Assembly: GCA_030390025.1 (NCBI GenBank)
Contig: CM059452.1
Span: 7,936,001-8,000,000, forward strand
Origin: Squalus acanthias
Taxonomy: Eukaryota
Length of the DNA stretch: 64,000 nucleotides
Direction: 5' to 3'
Under the pieces are notes generated by a model that did not search any database, was not told the origin of the DNA, and saw only the letters and a list, made by a program, of their open reading frames with translations. Positions 62,747-64,000 of this stretch are shown piece after piece. Every line of letters begins with the position of its first letter. Position 1 is the first letter of the stretch. The translations under genes and the position numbers were made by a program.

Positions 62747-64000
62747 GCCATTGGACGGTACGGCGGAGCTCCTGTCTGTTGGGGTTGTGTAGAATCGCGG
62801 GCAGATGCAGCCACAATGAGCAGCGCGCTGTCAGGCGCTCAAACACACACCGAGAGGAAACCAAATTAACCTCGGATCAAACTGTCACCCAACTGTTTCC
62901 AGGAGCGGCCGAGAAAACAAACTGCAGAATCCAATCGGCCCAAATGATCGATCAGAGAATGAACCGACCGGTTAAACTGTCCTTTCTGCTTCTAATCAGC
63001 TGTTTTCCCTTTAAAATCATGGATCGATGTTCAGATTTGTTCCGAGAAAGTGGTCGCTTACACTCAAACGTCACTCAAATATCGCCGAAACAAGTCACCC
63101 AAACATGGCCGAAGGCACGTCACTCAAACATGGCCGACGGCACATCACTTCAACATGTCCGACAGCACGTCACACAAACATGGCCGACGTGCGTCACACA
63201 AACTGCAGACTGACGTCACGCAAACACAAAGCGGGAGAGTCTAACGCTGACTGAAGCTCAATGTTACATTACATATTCTTCAAGATTACAGAATAGAAAT
63301 GGGAGAAATGATTAATTGTACTTCAGTCATCTTTAATGTTTTGACGCCGATGATCCCTTCTGGCTGTACACGTTAATAAGTACCGTCTACAGCAAGTGCA
63401 GATTGACGTCACAGAGACTGCAGACTGACGTCACAGCGACTGCAGACTAACGTCACAGAGACTGCAGACTGACGCCATACAGACTGCAGCCTGCACGATG
63501 TCACCAGGGGACATGGGAATAGGAAAATCTGTGGTTTGTGAAGGGAATGGAGGTGATGGGGAGAAATGAGCGAGAGGATAAGCAGAAAAGATGGGGATAA
63601 ATAGACGGAAAAAGCAGACGGGGAACGGAAAAACAAACAGTAGGTTCAAATTCTGAACTGGAACAATAGAAGTGATTGATTGAAAGGAATATCTGATCAA
63701 TGTACTCGTGCAGGTGAGTGAGCAACCCCTCGATGGATCAGCCCCACCCATGTCTGCTTGCCATCTTTAAGTATCTGAGCATTGTACATATACAAGTGAA
63801 TGAGGCCCCTCACTGTGGACCAGCTCAGTGTCTGTCTGCTCTCAATGGTTAAAGATTTGAGCAATGTAGCTGTGCAGGTGAATGAAGCCACCTCCATAGA
63901 TCAGCTCTTTGCCAGTCTGTACACTTTGAGAGGGAGATAGATAAAGGTGAGAATGAGTACAGTGAGACAGAGAGACACCAACAGAGGGAGATTGAGTCAG

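Noticed and set aside
63690-63900. ASFTCTAT / SLTCTST peptides on the minus strand as an Ig domain
   Set aside because: No correctly spaced Trp or second Cys, no splice sites or RSS; the window edge limits assessment.

Overview
Cartilaginous-fish (shark-type) antigen-receptor DNA. Both flanks (1-7 kb and about 37-64 kb) are an array of T-cell-receptor alpha/delta-type V segments in both orientations. They have split leaders and 23-bp-spacer RSS, and include intact genes, pseudogenes and orphan leaders. Between them (16.1-34.9 kb, + strand) is a complete, apparently intact IgM heavy-chain cluster: leader, V already fused to D-like sequence with one remaining 12-RSS, one JH (23-RSS), Cmu1-4 with secretory tail, TM1 and TM2. 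The cluster is gap-free and contiguous with the TCR V array on its right; an N-gap (14236-14400) lies on its left. Its VH has altered light-chain-interface residues (W47G, Q39Y). The TCR V genes look like mosaics of shuffled promoter/leader, V-body and FR3-RSS-CTCF modules. One V has no leader intron and one open V lacks the conserved Cys23 and Trp41. A very young Ty3/gypsy element (identical 194-bp LTRs, 5-bp TSD) has no tRNA PBS but has an 11-nt PBS complementary to its own LTR, and a YLDN RT motif. The rest is CR1/RTE LINE debris, a tRNA-derived SINE and several minisatellites. All calls were made by eye from the sequence and ORF track; no searches were run.
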